The position numbers and the translations under genes were made by a program. The notes below the pieces were generated by a model. That model was not told where the DNA came from and did not search any database. It saw only the letters and a program-made list of their open reading frames with translations. Source: an uncultured Clostridia bacterium (GTDB lineage Bacteria; Bacillota; Clostridia; Christensenellales; CAG-138). Taken from it: DNA of 64,000 bases. Location: positions 3,939 to 67,938 of the forward strand of contig CAMVMM010000001.1 in assembly GCA_947168565.1 (NCBI GenBank), given 5' to 3'. This document shows positions 40,466 through 49,956 of the stretch, piece by piece (the first letter of the stretch is position 1; each line of letters starts with the position of its first letter).

Positions 40466-41845
40466 ATGTGGGATTTCTTTAAACGCAAAAAGAAAAAAAA
40501 AGAACAGGAGCTTGAGGCCGCGCAGGAGGCGCTGAACCTTCAGACGCAGGCCGCAGAAGCCGATGCACAGCAGCTTGCGGACGAGGTCGATGCAAAGATT
40601 GAGCACGCTGCGGACGAGCTGAACGAGTCCGCGCACAAAGCTGCGCAGGAAGCAGGCGCTGCGATCGCCGAGGCGAAAAGCGCCGCAGAGGGCGGGATCG
40701 CGGGCATTGAAGCCGAGCTGCCCTCGAAAGAAAAAATCGAGTACACTGCTGAAGCTGCGGAAGCCGCAAATGCCGCGCTCGATACCGCTGCCGATAAAAC
40801 GGCGGAAGCCCTCTCTCCCGCCGCCGATCCCGCTTCGGAAACCTTTAGCTTTAATGAAGCCGAAGCCGAAAGCTTTCCCGAGGCCGCTTCCGAGATTATT
40901 GAGCAGGCTCACAAGCCCGAAGCCGAGCAGGAGCCCAAGGCAAAGAAAAAGGGGCTTTTTTCCAAGCTCAAGGACGGCCTAAAAAAAACGAGGGACAGTA
41001 TTTTCGGCAGTCTTTTTGTGGAGAGCGATGAAAAGATAGACGATGAGTTTTACGATGAGCTTGAGGAGGCCATGATCATATCCGATATGGGTATGGCAAC
41101 CACCGAAAAGCTGCTTTCAAATCTCCGCTCAAGGCTTAAATCGGAAGGCATCAGAAAGCGCAGCGAGGCGCGAGAGGTGATGATAGAGCTGCTTGCGGAG
41201 AATATGCGAAATACGGACGGATTCATCCCCGATACCAAGCCCGCCGTGATCCTGATAGTCGGCGTAAACGGCGTTGGCAAAACCACCTCCATCGGCAAGC
41301 TTGCCTCCATGTATAAGCAGGACGGCCGCAAGGTGCTGCTTGCCGCAGGCGATACCTTCCGCGCGGCGGCTGCCGAGCAGCTTACGATATGGGCCGAGCG
41401 CGCAGACGTGCCTATAATCAAGCATGCCGAGGGCGCGGACCCCGCCGCCGTGGTGTTTGACGCGATCGCCGCATACAAGGCGCGAAAGTGCGACCTGCTC
41501 ATCTGCGATACCGCCGGAAGGCTTCACAATAAAAAGAACCTTATGAGCGAGCTTGCCAAGATCCGCCGCGTTATCGAGCGCGAGCTGCCCGACGTGGCGG
41601 TCGAGGTGCTGCTCGTTCTGGATGCCACCACAGGTCAGAACGCCATTGCGCAGGCGAAGGTTTTCGGTGAAAACACGGGGCTTACCGGCATAATCCTCAC
41701 CAAGCTGGACGGCACCGCCAAGGGCGGCGTGGTCGTGGCGGTGAACGACGAGCTGCATCTTCCCGTGCGCTTCGTGGGCGTTGGCGAGGGCATAGACGAC
41801 CTACAGCCCTTCGATGCGGATGCGTTTGCAAAAGCGCTGATCTGA
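40466..41845 (+). CDS. ftsY: Signal recognition particle receptor FtsY
   Basis: Has an acidic Ala/Glu-rich N-terminal A domain followed by an NG domain (GVNGVGKTT, DTAGR, TKLDGTAKGG). Confidence 0.95.
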   Translation: MWDFFKRKKKKKEQELEAAQEALNLQTQAAEADAQQLADEVDAKIEHAADELNESAHKAAQEAGAAIAEAKSAAEGGIAGIEAELPSKEKIEYTAEAAEAANAALDTAADKTAEALSPAADPASETFSFNEAEAESFPEAASEIIEQAHKPEAEQEPKAKKKGLFSKLKDGLKKTRDSIFGSLFVESDEKIDDEFYDELEEAMIISDMGMATTEKLLSNLRSRLKSEGIRKRSEAREVMIELLAENMRNTDGFIPDTKPAVILIVGVNGVGKTTSIGKLASMYKQDGRKVLLAAGDTFRAAAAEQLTIWAERADVPIIKHAEGADPAAVVFDAIAAYKARKCDLLICDTAGRLHNKKNLMSELAKIRRVIERELPDVAVEVLLVLDATTGQNAIAQAKVFGENTGLTGIILTKLDGTAKGGVVVAVNDELHLPVRFVGVGEGIDDLQPFDADAFAKALI

Positions 41846-41876
41846 CGTATATCCGACTAAGCAGCATATCACACAA

Positions 41877-41917
41877 GAAAACACGCTTCGGAAAAATGCC
41901 GGAGCGTGTTTTTTTCT
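41877..41917 (+). terminator. Intrinsic terminator after ftsY
   Basis: ACACGCTTCGG-(7 nt)-CCGGAGCGTGT followed by TTTTTTT. Confidence 0.75.
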
Positions 41918-41960
41918 GAAATTGCTACGCATAAAACAAATCGGCTTAATCAAACCGCAG

Positions 41961-41994
41961 CAAACACAAAAAGGGGTATACAAAAGCACACCCC
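41961..41994 (-). terminator. Intrinsic terminator after rpmF
   Basis: On the minus strand: GGGGTGT-(loop)-ATACCCC followed by TTTTTGTGTTTG. One pair is G-U only in the minus-strand RNA. Confidence 0.6.
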
Positions 41995-42035
41995 GTTAAG
42001 TCGAGTATAATACTGCATCAAAAGGCGAAAGGCGA

Positions 42036-42221
42036 TTACGCTTCCTCTTCCATCTTGATGATCTGTTCGCCGTCGTACTGACCGCAATGCCTGCAAACCC
42101 TGTGAGCCAGCTTGAACTTGTGGCACTGGGGGCACTCAACGATAGCGGGAACGGTGAGCTTCCAATTAGCCCTGCGCTTATCGCGCCTTGCTTTTGAAGT
42201 TTTTCTCTTAGGTACTGCCAT
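42036..42221 (-). CDS. rpmF: 50S ribosomal protein L32
   Basis: 61 aa, starting MAVPKRKTSKARRDKRRA, with CxxC...CxxC. Confidence 0.95.
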   Translation of the reverse strand: MAVPKRKTSKARRDKRRANWKLTVPAIVECPQCHKFKLAHRVCRHCGQYDGEQIIKMEEEA

Positions 42222-42224
42222 TTT

Positions 42225-42758
42225 CTACACCTCCTCCTCATGATTGAGCAGCTGTGCAAGCTGCGCAAGGGGCGACACGGGCTTGGCCGGATCGTCCGCA
42301 TGCCGCTTTGAGCACGAACACTGCGTGATATTTAAATCGCATCCGCATTCAGGGCAAAGCCCCTTGCAGTCGGGCCTGCAAAGCCTATAAACCGGAGCGT
42401 TGAGAACTATCAGATCGAGCACCATTTTGTCAATATCCAGCACCTCGCCGGAAAACGCATAGCACTCGAGCTCCTCCGCCTCCTCCTCGGACGCCTTGAT
42501 GAAGCGCTCCGAAAACTCAACGGAAAAGCGCTGCTTGAATTCGGAATTGCACTTCGTGCAGTTCATAAGAAGCTCGGAGCTGAGCACACCCTGAGTGTTG
42601 AACCCCTCGCCGTCGAAGGCATAGGATATGTCAACGCTGAGCGGCATCGTGAAGATGAGCTTATGGCCGCCAAGCTCGACGGGCGCATAATCCTCCTCGA
42701 AATGCCTGCTTGCGGTTTTCCCGGCAAGCTTTAACTCCAAAGCCACATTGATCTTCAC
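42225..42758 (-). CDS. YceD/DUF177 family protein (23S rRNA accumulation protein)
   Basis: It sits directly upstream of rpmF, the conserved pairing. It has a C-terminal Cys cluster (CRPDCKGLCPECG). The likely start is the GTG at 42758, 5 nt after GGAGAG. Confidence 0.8.
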   Translation of the reverse strand: MKINVALELKLAGKTASRHFEEDYAPVELGGHKLIFTMPLSVDISYAFDGEGFNTQGVLSSELLMNCTKCNSEFKQRFSVEFSERFIKASEEEAEELECYAFSGEVLDIDKMVLDLIVLNAPVYRLCRPDCKGLCPECGCDLNITQCSCSKRHADDPAKPVSPLAQLAQLLNHEEEV

Positions 42759-42871
42759 AAAAGCTCTCCAAATCAAACATTGCGCAACGCAACCTTTGAT
42801 ATTTTATATGTCAAAGGCTGCGTTGTCAAGAGTTTTTTATTTAAAAGTGAAAATATAATGCTGATTTGGCA

Positions 42872-44071
42872 TTATTTCGCCAGGCGCTCCGCGTCGCGGG
42901 CGATCATAAGCTCCTCATCGGTGGGGATAACGAACACCTTCACCTTGCTTTCGGGCTTGCTGATGGTGACCTCCTCGCCGCGCGGGCAGCTTGCGTTATA
43001 CTCATAGTCCACATCCACGCCAAGGTAATCCAGGCCCTCAAGGATGCGGGCGCGCATTCCCCTGTCGTTTTCGCCAACACCGGCGGTGAACACGATGGCG
43101 TCCACACCGTTGAGCGCGGCGGCGTATGCTCCGATATATTTTCTGACGCGATAGGCGAACACGTCCAGCGCCAGAGCAGCCCTCTTGCTGCCGTTTGCCG
43201 CGGCCGCGCCGAGATCGCGGAAATCGCTTGAAACGCCGCTTATGCCGAGCATGCCGCTCTTTTTATTCATATAGGTGTCTATCTCCTCGCGGGTCATGCC
43301 GACCTTCTTCATGAGGTAAACCACGATAGCGGGGTCGATATCGCCGCTTCTGGTGCCCATGGGCAGGCCCTCAAGGGGAGTGAGACCCATGCTGGTGTCG
43401 ATGCACTTGCCGCCCTTGATCGCAGCAACGGAGGAGCCGTTGCCGAGGTGGCAGGTGATGATCTTGGTTTCCTCGGCGGGCTTGCCGAGCATCTCGATAG
43501 CGCGAAGGGCAACGTAGTTATGGGAGGTGCCGTGGAAGCCGTAGCGGCGCACCATGTGCTCGGTATAGGCTTCGTAAGGAAGCGCGTAGATGAACGCCTC
43601 GGGCGGCATGGTCTGGTGGAAGGCGGTGTCGAACACGCCGACCATGGGAGTGTTGGGCATGATGGCGCGGCAGGCGCGGATGCCCATAAGGTTCGCGGGG
43701 TTGTGCAGGGGCGCAAGGTCGTTCAGGCTTTCGATGGTTTCAAGAACCTCGTCGTTCAGAAGAACGGACTTTGCGAACTTCTCGCCGCCGTGCACCACGC
43801 GGTGACCGACCGCGTCGATCTCGCTCATATCGGAGATCACGCCGTGCTCCTTATCCACAAGCGCGTCGAGCACGAGCTTGATAGCGTCGGTATGATCCTT
43901 CATATCCTTCACAAGCTCAAACCCCTCTTTGCCGGCGGGCTTGTAGGTGAGCTTGGAATCGCTGATACCGATGCGCTCGCAAAGACCCTTTGCAAGGACC
44001 TTGTTTTCGGCGGTGTCGATAAGCTGATACTTCAGCGAGGAGCTTCCTGCGTTGATAACGAGAATCTTCAT
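42872..44071 (-). CDS. ackA: Acetate kinase
   Basis: 399 aa. Starts [17 protein letters not shown], with HRVVHGG and the GFHGTSH motif region. Confidence 0.97.
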   Translation of the reverse strand: MKILVINAGSSSLKYQLIDTAENKVLAKGLCERIGISDSKLTYKPAGKEGFELVKDMKDHTDAIKLVLDALVDKEHGVISDMSEIDAVGHRVVHGGEKFAKSVLLNDEVLETIESLNDLAPLHNPANLMGIRACRAIMPNTPMVGVFDTAFHQTMPPEAFIYALPYEAYTEHMVRRYGFHGTSHNYVALRAIEMLGKPAEETKIITCHLGNGSSVAAIKGGKCIDTSMGLTPLEGLPMGTRSGDIDPAIVVYLMKKVGMTREEIDTYMNKKSGMLGISGVSSDFRDLGAAAANGSKRAALALDVFAYRVRKYIGAYAAALNGVDAIVFTAGVGENDRGMRARILEGLDYLGVDVDYEYNASCPRGEEVTISKPESKVKVFVIPTDEELMIARDAERLAK

Positions 44072-44234
44072 GGTATTTCTCCTTAAAATATAAGAAATTT
44101 GCGTTTCCGGAGCGAAGCGCCCCGCCCGCCGCAGCTAAAAAACAGTTGACGGCTGAATGCTTTTGTATTATAACATAGTTTGGCGGCAAAAATAAAGCCG
44201 TGAATGAATATAAAATCCGAAACGGAGCTGTAAA

Positions 44235-45437
44235 ATGCAATCAGTCGGTATAATAGCCGAATACAATCCCTTCCACAACGCCCACGCCTATCATATTTCG
44301 CGCGCGCTTAAATTAAGCGGGGCCGAAAACGCGATAGTGTGCATGAGCGCAAGCTTTGTGCAGCGCGGCGAGCCCGCCTGCCTGGATAAATTCACTCGCG
44401 CCCGCCACGCGCTTTCGGGCGGCGCGGATATGGTGATAGAGCTGCCCGATCTGCTCTGCTGCGCCTGTGCGGAGCGCTTTGCGTACGGCGGGGTGCGCCT
44501 GCTTGCCGCCACCGGGCTTATAGACTCGCTTGCCTTCGGGAGCGAATGCGGCGATATCGAAGCGCTTAAAGCGGCGGCCTCCGTGAACTTGGATAAAACC
44601 GAAATAAAGCGTGCGCTTTCGCGCGGCGTTTCGTATCCCGAGGCGGCGGCTGCCGCTTTTTCGGAGCAGGGCTTAACCTTCGATCCTTCCGCGCCAAACG
44701 ATATTCTTGCGATAGAATACATTCGCCAAATCAGCAGGCTCTCCCCCACGATCCGTCCGATCGCAATCAGGCGCGAGGGCGCGGGGTACAACGAAAACGC
44801 GCTTGAAAAGGAGTTTGCCTCCGCATCGGCGCTTCGGCTTGCCGCAGCGGATATGGAAAAAGGCGGAGCGGCGCTTGAAAAGCATGTGCCGATGCAGGTA
44901 TTTTCCGATATGGTGCGCCTTTATGAAGCAGGCCGCTTTCCCGCCGGCCCGGAGCGGCTCTCCCCCGCCGTGCTCTACGCGCTTCGCGCCCTGGGTGCGC
45001 CCGGAATAGGGGCGCTTGCGGACGTTTCCGAGGGGCTTGAAAACCCGATAAGCCGTGCCGCGCTTACGTCCTCGACCGTGGACGAGCTGCTTTCAAGGGT
45101 CAAAACAAGGCGCTACACGCTTGCGCGGCTAAAACGCATACTGATCTATGCGCTGATCGGAACGACTGCGGAGCTTCAAGGGCGGGCTTTCACCGAGCCG
45201 GATGCGCTGTATATCCGCGTTCTCGGCGTAAAAAAATGCAAGCTGCACCTGCTTTCCGAGCTTTCAAAAAGGGCCGCGCTGCCCGTTGTGATCTCCGCTT
45301 CGGACGCAGAAAAGCTGCCTGAATGCGCCAAAGCTGTGCTTGAGCATTCGCGCAGAGCGTCGCTCATCCGTGCGCTTGCCTGTCCAAGGGACAAGGCCTG
45401 CACGGATGATTTTTCACACGCGCTTGTGACGGTTTGA
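44235..45437 (+). CDS. tmcAL: tRNA(Met) cytidine acetate ligase TmcAL (YlbM-type nucleotidyltransferase)
   Basis: The N-terminus GIIAEYNPFHNAHAYHI is typical of this family. Confidence 0.8.
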   Translation: MQSVGIIAEYNPFHNAHAYHISRALKLSGAENAIVCMSASFVQRGEPACLDKFTRARHALSGGADMVIELPDLLCCACAERFAYGGVRLLAATGLIDSLAFGSECGDIEALKAAASVNLDKTEIKRALSRGVSYPEAAAAAFSEQGLTFDPSAPNDILAIEYIRQISRLSPTIRPIAIRREGAGYNENALEKEFASASALRLAAADMEKGGAALEKHVPMQVFSDMVRLYEAGRFPAGPERLSPAVLYALRALGAPGIGALADVSEGLENPISRAALTSSTVDELLSRVKTRRYTLARLKRILIYALIGTTAELQGRAFTEPDALYIRVLGVKKCKLHLLSELSKRAALPVVISASDAEKLPECAKAVLEHSRRASLIRALACPRDKACTDDFSHALVTV

Positions 45438-45484
45438 TTCTCGCTGATAACAATAATTCTCACTTTCGCCTCATAGCTTTTAGC

Positions 45485-46582
45485 ATGAGGCGTTTTTATA
45501 TCATAATCTGCACGGGCTTGCTGCTCCTCTTTGCCCTTTGCGGCGATGCTTCCATGCGCGGCGCAGTGAAGGGGCTTGAGCTTTTCGCGCACGGAGTTTT
45601 CCCCGCGCTGTTTCCCTTTACGGTTTGCATAGGCTGCTTAAAAAGGCTCGGAGCATTCGCCCCAACAGGCCGCGCGGGTTTTCTTGCTCTTTTGAAGCTT
45701 CAGGCATTGGGCGCGATCGCGGGAAACCCGACGGGGGCTCTGCTGCTTGGCGCGGAGGGCTCACACGGCGAAGCGATTCAAAATCGAGAAGAAGGAAGCG
45801 TGTATGCGGCGCTTTTCAACCTTGCAAGCCCCGTGTTTATTCTTGGCGCGGTCGGCTCGCGCATCTTCGGTTTTTCAAATCGGTTTACGGCAATTTACAT
45901 CATGCTGTGCCACTATTTTTCGGCGGCGCTGCTGTTTTGCGTTTTTTATTCGATCGGGCGGATCGGGCGCGGCAGGGGCAATAAAAAAACGGCGGAGCGC
46001 AGGCCGCCGGTTTTAAAAAAAGCCTCCGCAAAAGCGCAAACGGCAAGCCTTTTCACAGCCTTCCCCGAGGCCGCTGCCGAGGCCGCCTCCACCATGCTCA
46101 AGCTCTGCGGCATCATCGTGTTTTTCGTTTCGATCGGAGAGATCATGGGCAACTCTCCGCTCACTTCAAGCCTTCCGCTGCATCCGGTTTCACGCGCCGC
46201 GCTCATGGGCATGCTTGAGATAACAAACGGGCTTGCGCTTTTATCCGCCGCAGGCGCCGCGCCAAGGCTCTGCGTTTCGCTCGCCTGCTATATCATTTCT
46301 TTCGGCGGTCTCTGCATTTTTATGCAGGCAAGGTCGGTTTGCGAAATAGATGCGCCTGCATACCTGAGCGCAAAAGCGGCGCACGCCATGCTTGCTTTTC
46401 TGATAAGCTATATATGCTTTCCGCTGTTCTGCTCCTTCGATGCGCTGCCCGCGGGGGTCGATATTTCCGGGCAGTTTGCGCAAAGAACGCTTTCTGTGCT
46501 TCAGATAGCGCTCTTATGCGTGCTTTCATCCATCACCGTGTCGCTTGCGGCAATTCTGGCTGCGAGAAAAACGAGGGCTTAG
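45485..46582 (+). CDS. ylbJ: Sporulation integral membrane protein YlbJ-like (nucleoside-recognition-domain membrane protein)
   Basis: Multi-TM protein with N-terminal GLELFAHGVFPALFPFTV. It is adjacent to tmcAL (ylbM), as in Bacillus. Confidence 0.65.
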   Translation: MRRFYIIICTGLLLLFALCGDASMRGAVKGLELFAHGVFPALFPFTVCIGCLKRLGAFAPTGRAGFLALLKLQALGAIAGNPTGALLLGAEGSHGEAIQNREEGSVYAALFNLASPVFILGAVGSRIFGFSNRFTAIYIMLCHYFSAALLFCVFYSIGRIGRGRGNKKTAERRPPVLKKASAKAQTASLFTAFPEAAAEAASTMLKLCGIIVFFVSIGEIMGNSPLTSSLPLHPVSRAALMGMLEITNGLALLSAAGAAPRLCVSLACYIISFGGLCIFMQARSVCEIDAPAYLSAKAAHAMLAFLISYICFPLFCSFDALPAGVDISGQFAQRTLSVLQIALLCVLSSITVSLAAILAARKTRA

Positions 46583-46700
46583 CGGAGAGGCGAATGCGAT
46601 CGAATGCAGATGCGCGGGCCGTCATTACGCAAAGCGGCCGACCCGTGCAAGAGCCTTGCACGAGCAGGCCGCCCATAAGTGCCGACTGATTCTTCGCCGT

Positions 46701-46979
46701 TCATTGATCGGCCCCAAAGCCGCGGCGCTTTCTTCTGCGCTTGTCGGGATTATCCCAAAGCGCGATTATGCTCAGCACCGATGAAACGAGCGCGAGAAAC
46801 GCAAGTATTGCTATCATCCACCTTGAGAGAGGGCTTGTCATAAACTCCATGGCGCTGTTTACGCGATCTATAACGAAAAGCACAAGCACAAGCACGGCAA
46901 ACAGCATGGTGAGATGCGCAAGGATCACTCTGACCACCCTGATCTTATTTGAAAAATCGAAAAGTCCGCCTTTTTTCAT
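46701..46979 (-). CDS. Small membrane protein (hypothetical)
   Basis: 92 aa with two TM helices and a basic tail (KRRRKRRG). It lies 17 nt downstream of the preceding gene on the same strand. Confidence 0.4.
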   Translation of the reverse strand: MKKGGLFDFSNKIRVVRVILAHLTMLFAVLVLVLFVIDRVNSAMEFMTSPLSRWMIAILAFLALVSSVLSIIALWDNPDKRRRKRRGFGADQ

Positions 46980-46996
46980 AGTCTTTACCTCAATCC

Positions 46997-48157
46997 TTAT
47001 CGAAGCGGCTCGGCAACGTAAACTATATCGCAGCTCTGGCGGCCGCCCGCGCAGGGGTGGCTGATGATGCCGCCGTGAAACGCCATCATCGCGGTCATAC
47101 CGCCGTCAAGATTATACGCTTCGGTGCAGCCGAGCTCATACATAAGCTTGGAAAGATCGCCCATCTTAAGGCCGTAGGAATAATCCGGCTCCTGCCTGCC
47201 GTCCACAACCACAAGGCAGTAATGCCCCGGCTCGTAGTAGCCTATCGCACAGCGGGGATTCCAGGTTTCAACGCTTGTGTTGAACGAGGTCATAGGCTGA
47301 CCGTTTTCAAGGAGCCTGGGGCCAAAGCTCCATGCGTGATAGGGGCGCTTTGCGTAAATGGACTGAAGATCGATCTGCCCCTTGAGATAGGTTTCCATGG
47401 TGCCGTCCTGATACAGCACGCAAACGTCCTGATCGGGGTGAAGCCTGTCCCTTAGCAGCTCGCCGTTTCTTATAGCAAGGCCGCTTGAGTGAAACAGGAA
47501 GTAGTCGCCGGAGGTGGCAACTATGCCGCCGTTTTGATTGCAAAGATCCTCCACCCTGTCCTTATTATTGGAGGATTGGGAGATCGCGCAGCGCAGGCTC
47601 GTGATGTCCTGTATGTAGATATCCGCCACGAAATAATGCACCGGCACATACTCCACCTTCACCGCATGCTCGCTTATCTCTATGCACACGTTGCTGCTGC
47701 GGTAAACGGTGTCGGTATATATTACCTCGCCGCTTGTGAATTTTTCGGCATATTTGCCCCTTAAAAGACCGTTTGTCTGCACGGGAGTGGGCTGAGCGGT
47801 GGGTGCGTCCGTCGGAGTGGCTGTGGGCGCGTCCGTAGGCAAATCCGAGGGTGCGGCGGATGCTTCTCCGCCGGGAGTGGCGGAGGGATCATCTGCCGGC
47901 GCTGTGGGCGCGGCGGGTGTCGCGCTCACCTGCTCCGTTTCGGAGGGCCGGAGGGATTCGGCGGGAGCGGAGGCAGGAGGCGTGGGCGCAAGGCCCAGCG
48001 TTGGAAGCGGCGTATTGTCCAAAAAGCTGATGCCGCTGGGCACGAGCTTTTTCGGCTTGGCATGATGGAACCATGCAAAGCCCAGGAGCAGCACCGCAAA
48101 GCACAGGATGTCCGCGGTTACAACGATAAGAATCTTTTTTGCGTTAAAATTTTTCAT
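46997..48157 (-). CDS. Membrane-anchored phosphodiester glycosidase family protein (DUF2233-like)
   Basis: It has an N-terminal TM helix, a Pro/Thr/Ala-rich linker, and a C-terminal domain ending AYNLDGGMTAMMAFHG, which is typical of the family as I recall it. Confidence 0.65.
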   Translation of the reverse strand: MKNFNAKKILIVVTADILCFAVLLLGFAWFHHAKPKKLVPSGISFLDNTPLPTLGLAPTPPASAPAESLRPSETEQVSATPAAPTAPADDPSATPGGEASAAPSDLPTDAPTATPTDAPTAQPTPVQTNGLLRGKYAEKFTSGEVIYTDTVYRSSNVCIEISEHAVKVEYVPVHYFVADIYIQDITSLRCAISQSSNNKDRVEDLCNQNGGIVATSGDYFLFHSSGLAIRNGELLRDRLHPDQDVCVLYQDGTMETYLKGQIDLQSIYAKRPYHAWSFGPRLLENGQPMTSFNTSVETWNPRCAIGYYEPGHYCLVVVDGRQEPDYSYGLKMGDLSKLMYELGCTEAYNLDGGMTAMMAFHGGIISHPCAGGRQSCDIVYVAEPLR

Positions 48158-48178
48158 GAAGCAGCTTTGAGCAGGGGC

Positions 48179-49252
48179 TCAATTCCTTTCTTTAAACACG
48201 AATTTGCGCTGAATTATATAATTCGCGGGGTAGATGATGAGCTGCGCAAGTATCTGGGCCACGGAAAGCGGGATGCCCGCGCCGGTAAGCAGCCTGAGCA
48301 GCAGGTAGTTTACGGCAAGCATAACGAGCACAAGCGCGAAATAGCGCGCAAGGCTGCCTTTAGCCTTTGAAGCGAACACAAGCTCACGGTTCAGAAAATA
48401 GTTTACGGTGGAGCTCACGGCTCTTGCGATGATGAGCGCGGGAAGCTTCGGCTCAAGCGTTTTTCCAAACAGAGTGAACCCAACGCCGCCCGTGAGCCTG
48501 CCGAAAACGCCCGTCAGAACCAGCAGCAGCACGTAGTCGAGCAGCCAGCAGAAAAGGCTGGAGCCGATGAAGGCGAAGATGGATTTATAGATCCTCCACG
48601 AATCGCGCACGGGGTGAAAATGCGAGGATTCGTTTTCGTTCAGATACACCGTTTCGATCTCAATTTCAATTATATCGATCTTTTTGCGGGTGCAGGTCAA
48701 AAGTTGGTTTATCTCAAATTCGTACCTTTCGCCCGGGATCGCAAGCATTTCGTCTATCATTGAAACGCCGAAGGCGCGCAGCCCCGTCTGCGTATCGTGA
48801 ACGCGCACGCCCGTAGTTACGGCGAACACGAACCTTGTGATGGCGTTGCCCATACGGCTGCGAAGCGGCACCTTGCCGGTGAATTTGCGCCCGCCGATGA
48901 TGAGCGCCTTCGGATGGGCGCGGAACGCCTCGCAAACGCGCAGCACGTCGGGTATAAGATGCTGCCCGTCCGCATCCACTGTCACTATGCCGTCCGCTTC
49001 ATCAAACCTGCCGCAGTTTTTCACGTATTCAAAGGCGGTTTTCATCGCCCTGCCCTTGCCTCGGTTCACCTCGTGATGAAGCACGGTAACGCCGCTTTCG
49101 CCCTCAAGAGAAGCAAAAACGGGGGCGCACTTATCCGAGCTGCCGTCGTTCACAACAACTATCGGGAACCCCGTTTGGGTTTGAAGATCGGAAACCGTCC
49201 TCAAAAGCTTTTCGTCCGGCTCATAGGCCGGGATAACAACTATCATAGTCAC
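48179..49252 (-). CDS. GT2 glycosyltransferase fused to a C-terminal GtrA-like membrane domain
   Basis: The N-terminus has IVVIPAYEPDE, VVNDGS and TVDADGQH. The C-terminal ~120 aa have four TM helices with a GtrA-like pattern (RYFALVLV...YPANYIIQRKFVF). Confidence 0.8.
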   Translation of the reverse strand: MTMIVVIPAYEPDEKLLRTVSDLQTQTGFPIVVVNDGSSDKCAPVFASLEGESGVTVLHHEVNRGKGRAMKTAFEYVKNCGRFDEADGIVTVDADGQHLIPDVLRVCEAFRAHPKALIIGGRKFTGKVPLRSRMGNAITRFVFAVTTGVRVHDTQTGLRAFGVSMIDEMLAIPGERYEFEINQLLTCTRKKIDIIEIEIETVYLNENESSHFHPVRDSWRIYKSIFAFIGSSLFCWLLDYVLLLVLTGVFGRLTGGVGFTLFGKTLEPKLPALIIARAVSSTVNYFLNRELVFASKAKGSLARYFALVLVMLAVNYLLLRLLTGAGIPLSVAQILAQLIIYPANYIIQRKFVFKERN

Positions 49253-49539
49253 TCCGAATTAAAATATGATCGGCAAGCGAATCCGGCAGATTCTCTCGAA
49301 TACATTATAACACAAATCGCGGCCGTTACAAGGGCAAGGGATCAAAATAATTTGTTGAGGGTCGGCTCAATATTCATTTAATAATAGTAAATTATTATAA
49401 TTGGCGGTGAAAACAGGCAAAAGGCATAAACGATCGTCTGAAAAAGCGATCGCTTGTCACAAAAATTTAATAAAGGCGGCAGTTTAATAAAAGCGGCGCC
49501 AATGAAAAGCGAAAAAGGAATAAGTCCAAAAAAGAAAAA

Positions 49540-49806
49540 GTTGCGCACCCACCCTTCGACACACAACCCCCGCACGCGCTCGAAACGCTCACTCGGGCCA
49601 GGCATACCCGCGGCACACCCTCAGTTCCGCTTAATGCTGCTTCCGTCAGGACCTGACATGGTTCACGGCAGAAGATTGCACGGGACCCGACCTTCATCGT
49701 GAGCGCAGCCGAGCCGGCTGCGCAAGTGTGAGCCTTGGGGCGGGAATCCAACCCTGCTGCAGCGGATTGCAGGTATAGGGCACCGCTAACTCCCCGTCTG
49801 GCGCAA
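49540..49806 (-). ncRNA. ffs: Signal recognition particle RNA, long (Bacillus/Clostridium) form with Alu domain
   Basis: The minus strand contains GTCAGGTCCTGACGGAAGCAGC (domain IV) and a 5' region GGGGAGTTAGCGGTGCCCTATACCTGCAATCCGC that closely resembles B. subtilis scRNA. The 5' GTTGCGC pairs with the 3' GCGCAAC, and a T-tract follows. Confidence 0.9.
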
Positions 49807-49812
49807 CGAATG

Positions 49813-49841
49813 TATTATAAAGCATGAGCGCAAAGTTTTCA
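49813..49841 (-). promoter_or_regulatory. Consensus sigma70 promoter TTGAAA-17-TATAAT of ffs
   Basis: The -10 at 49813-49818 lies 7 nt upstream of the predicted SRP RNA 5' end. The -35 is at 49836-49841. Confidence 0.7.
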
Positions 49842-49956
49842 AGCATTTTTTTGCTTTGGGTCGAATATTTATGATAATATATATTGTATTATCTCCAAAT
49901 CCGTGTTATAATTGTTAATTACAGAGGCAACCTTGCCGAAAATTGGAGGTAATTAT

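Noticed and set aside
49253-49539. A+T-rich 290-bp region between the GT2-GtrA gene and ffs, containing a 10-bp perfect palindrome AGCGATCGCT.
   Set aside because: It is most simply the promoter/leader of the GT2-GtrA gene plus the ffs terminator T-tract. The palindrome is short and occurs once, and I could support no further structure.
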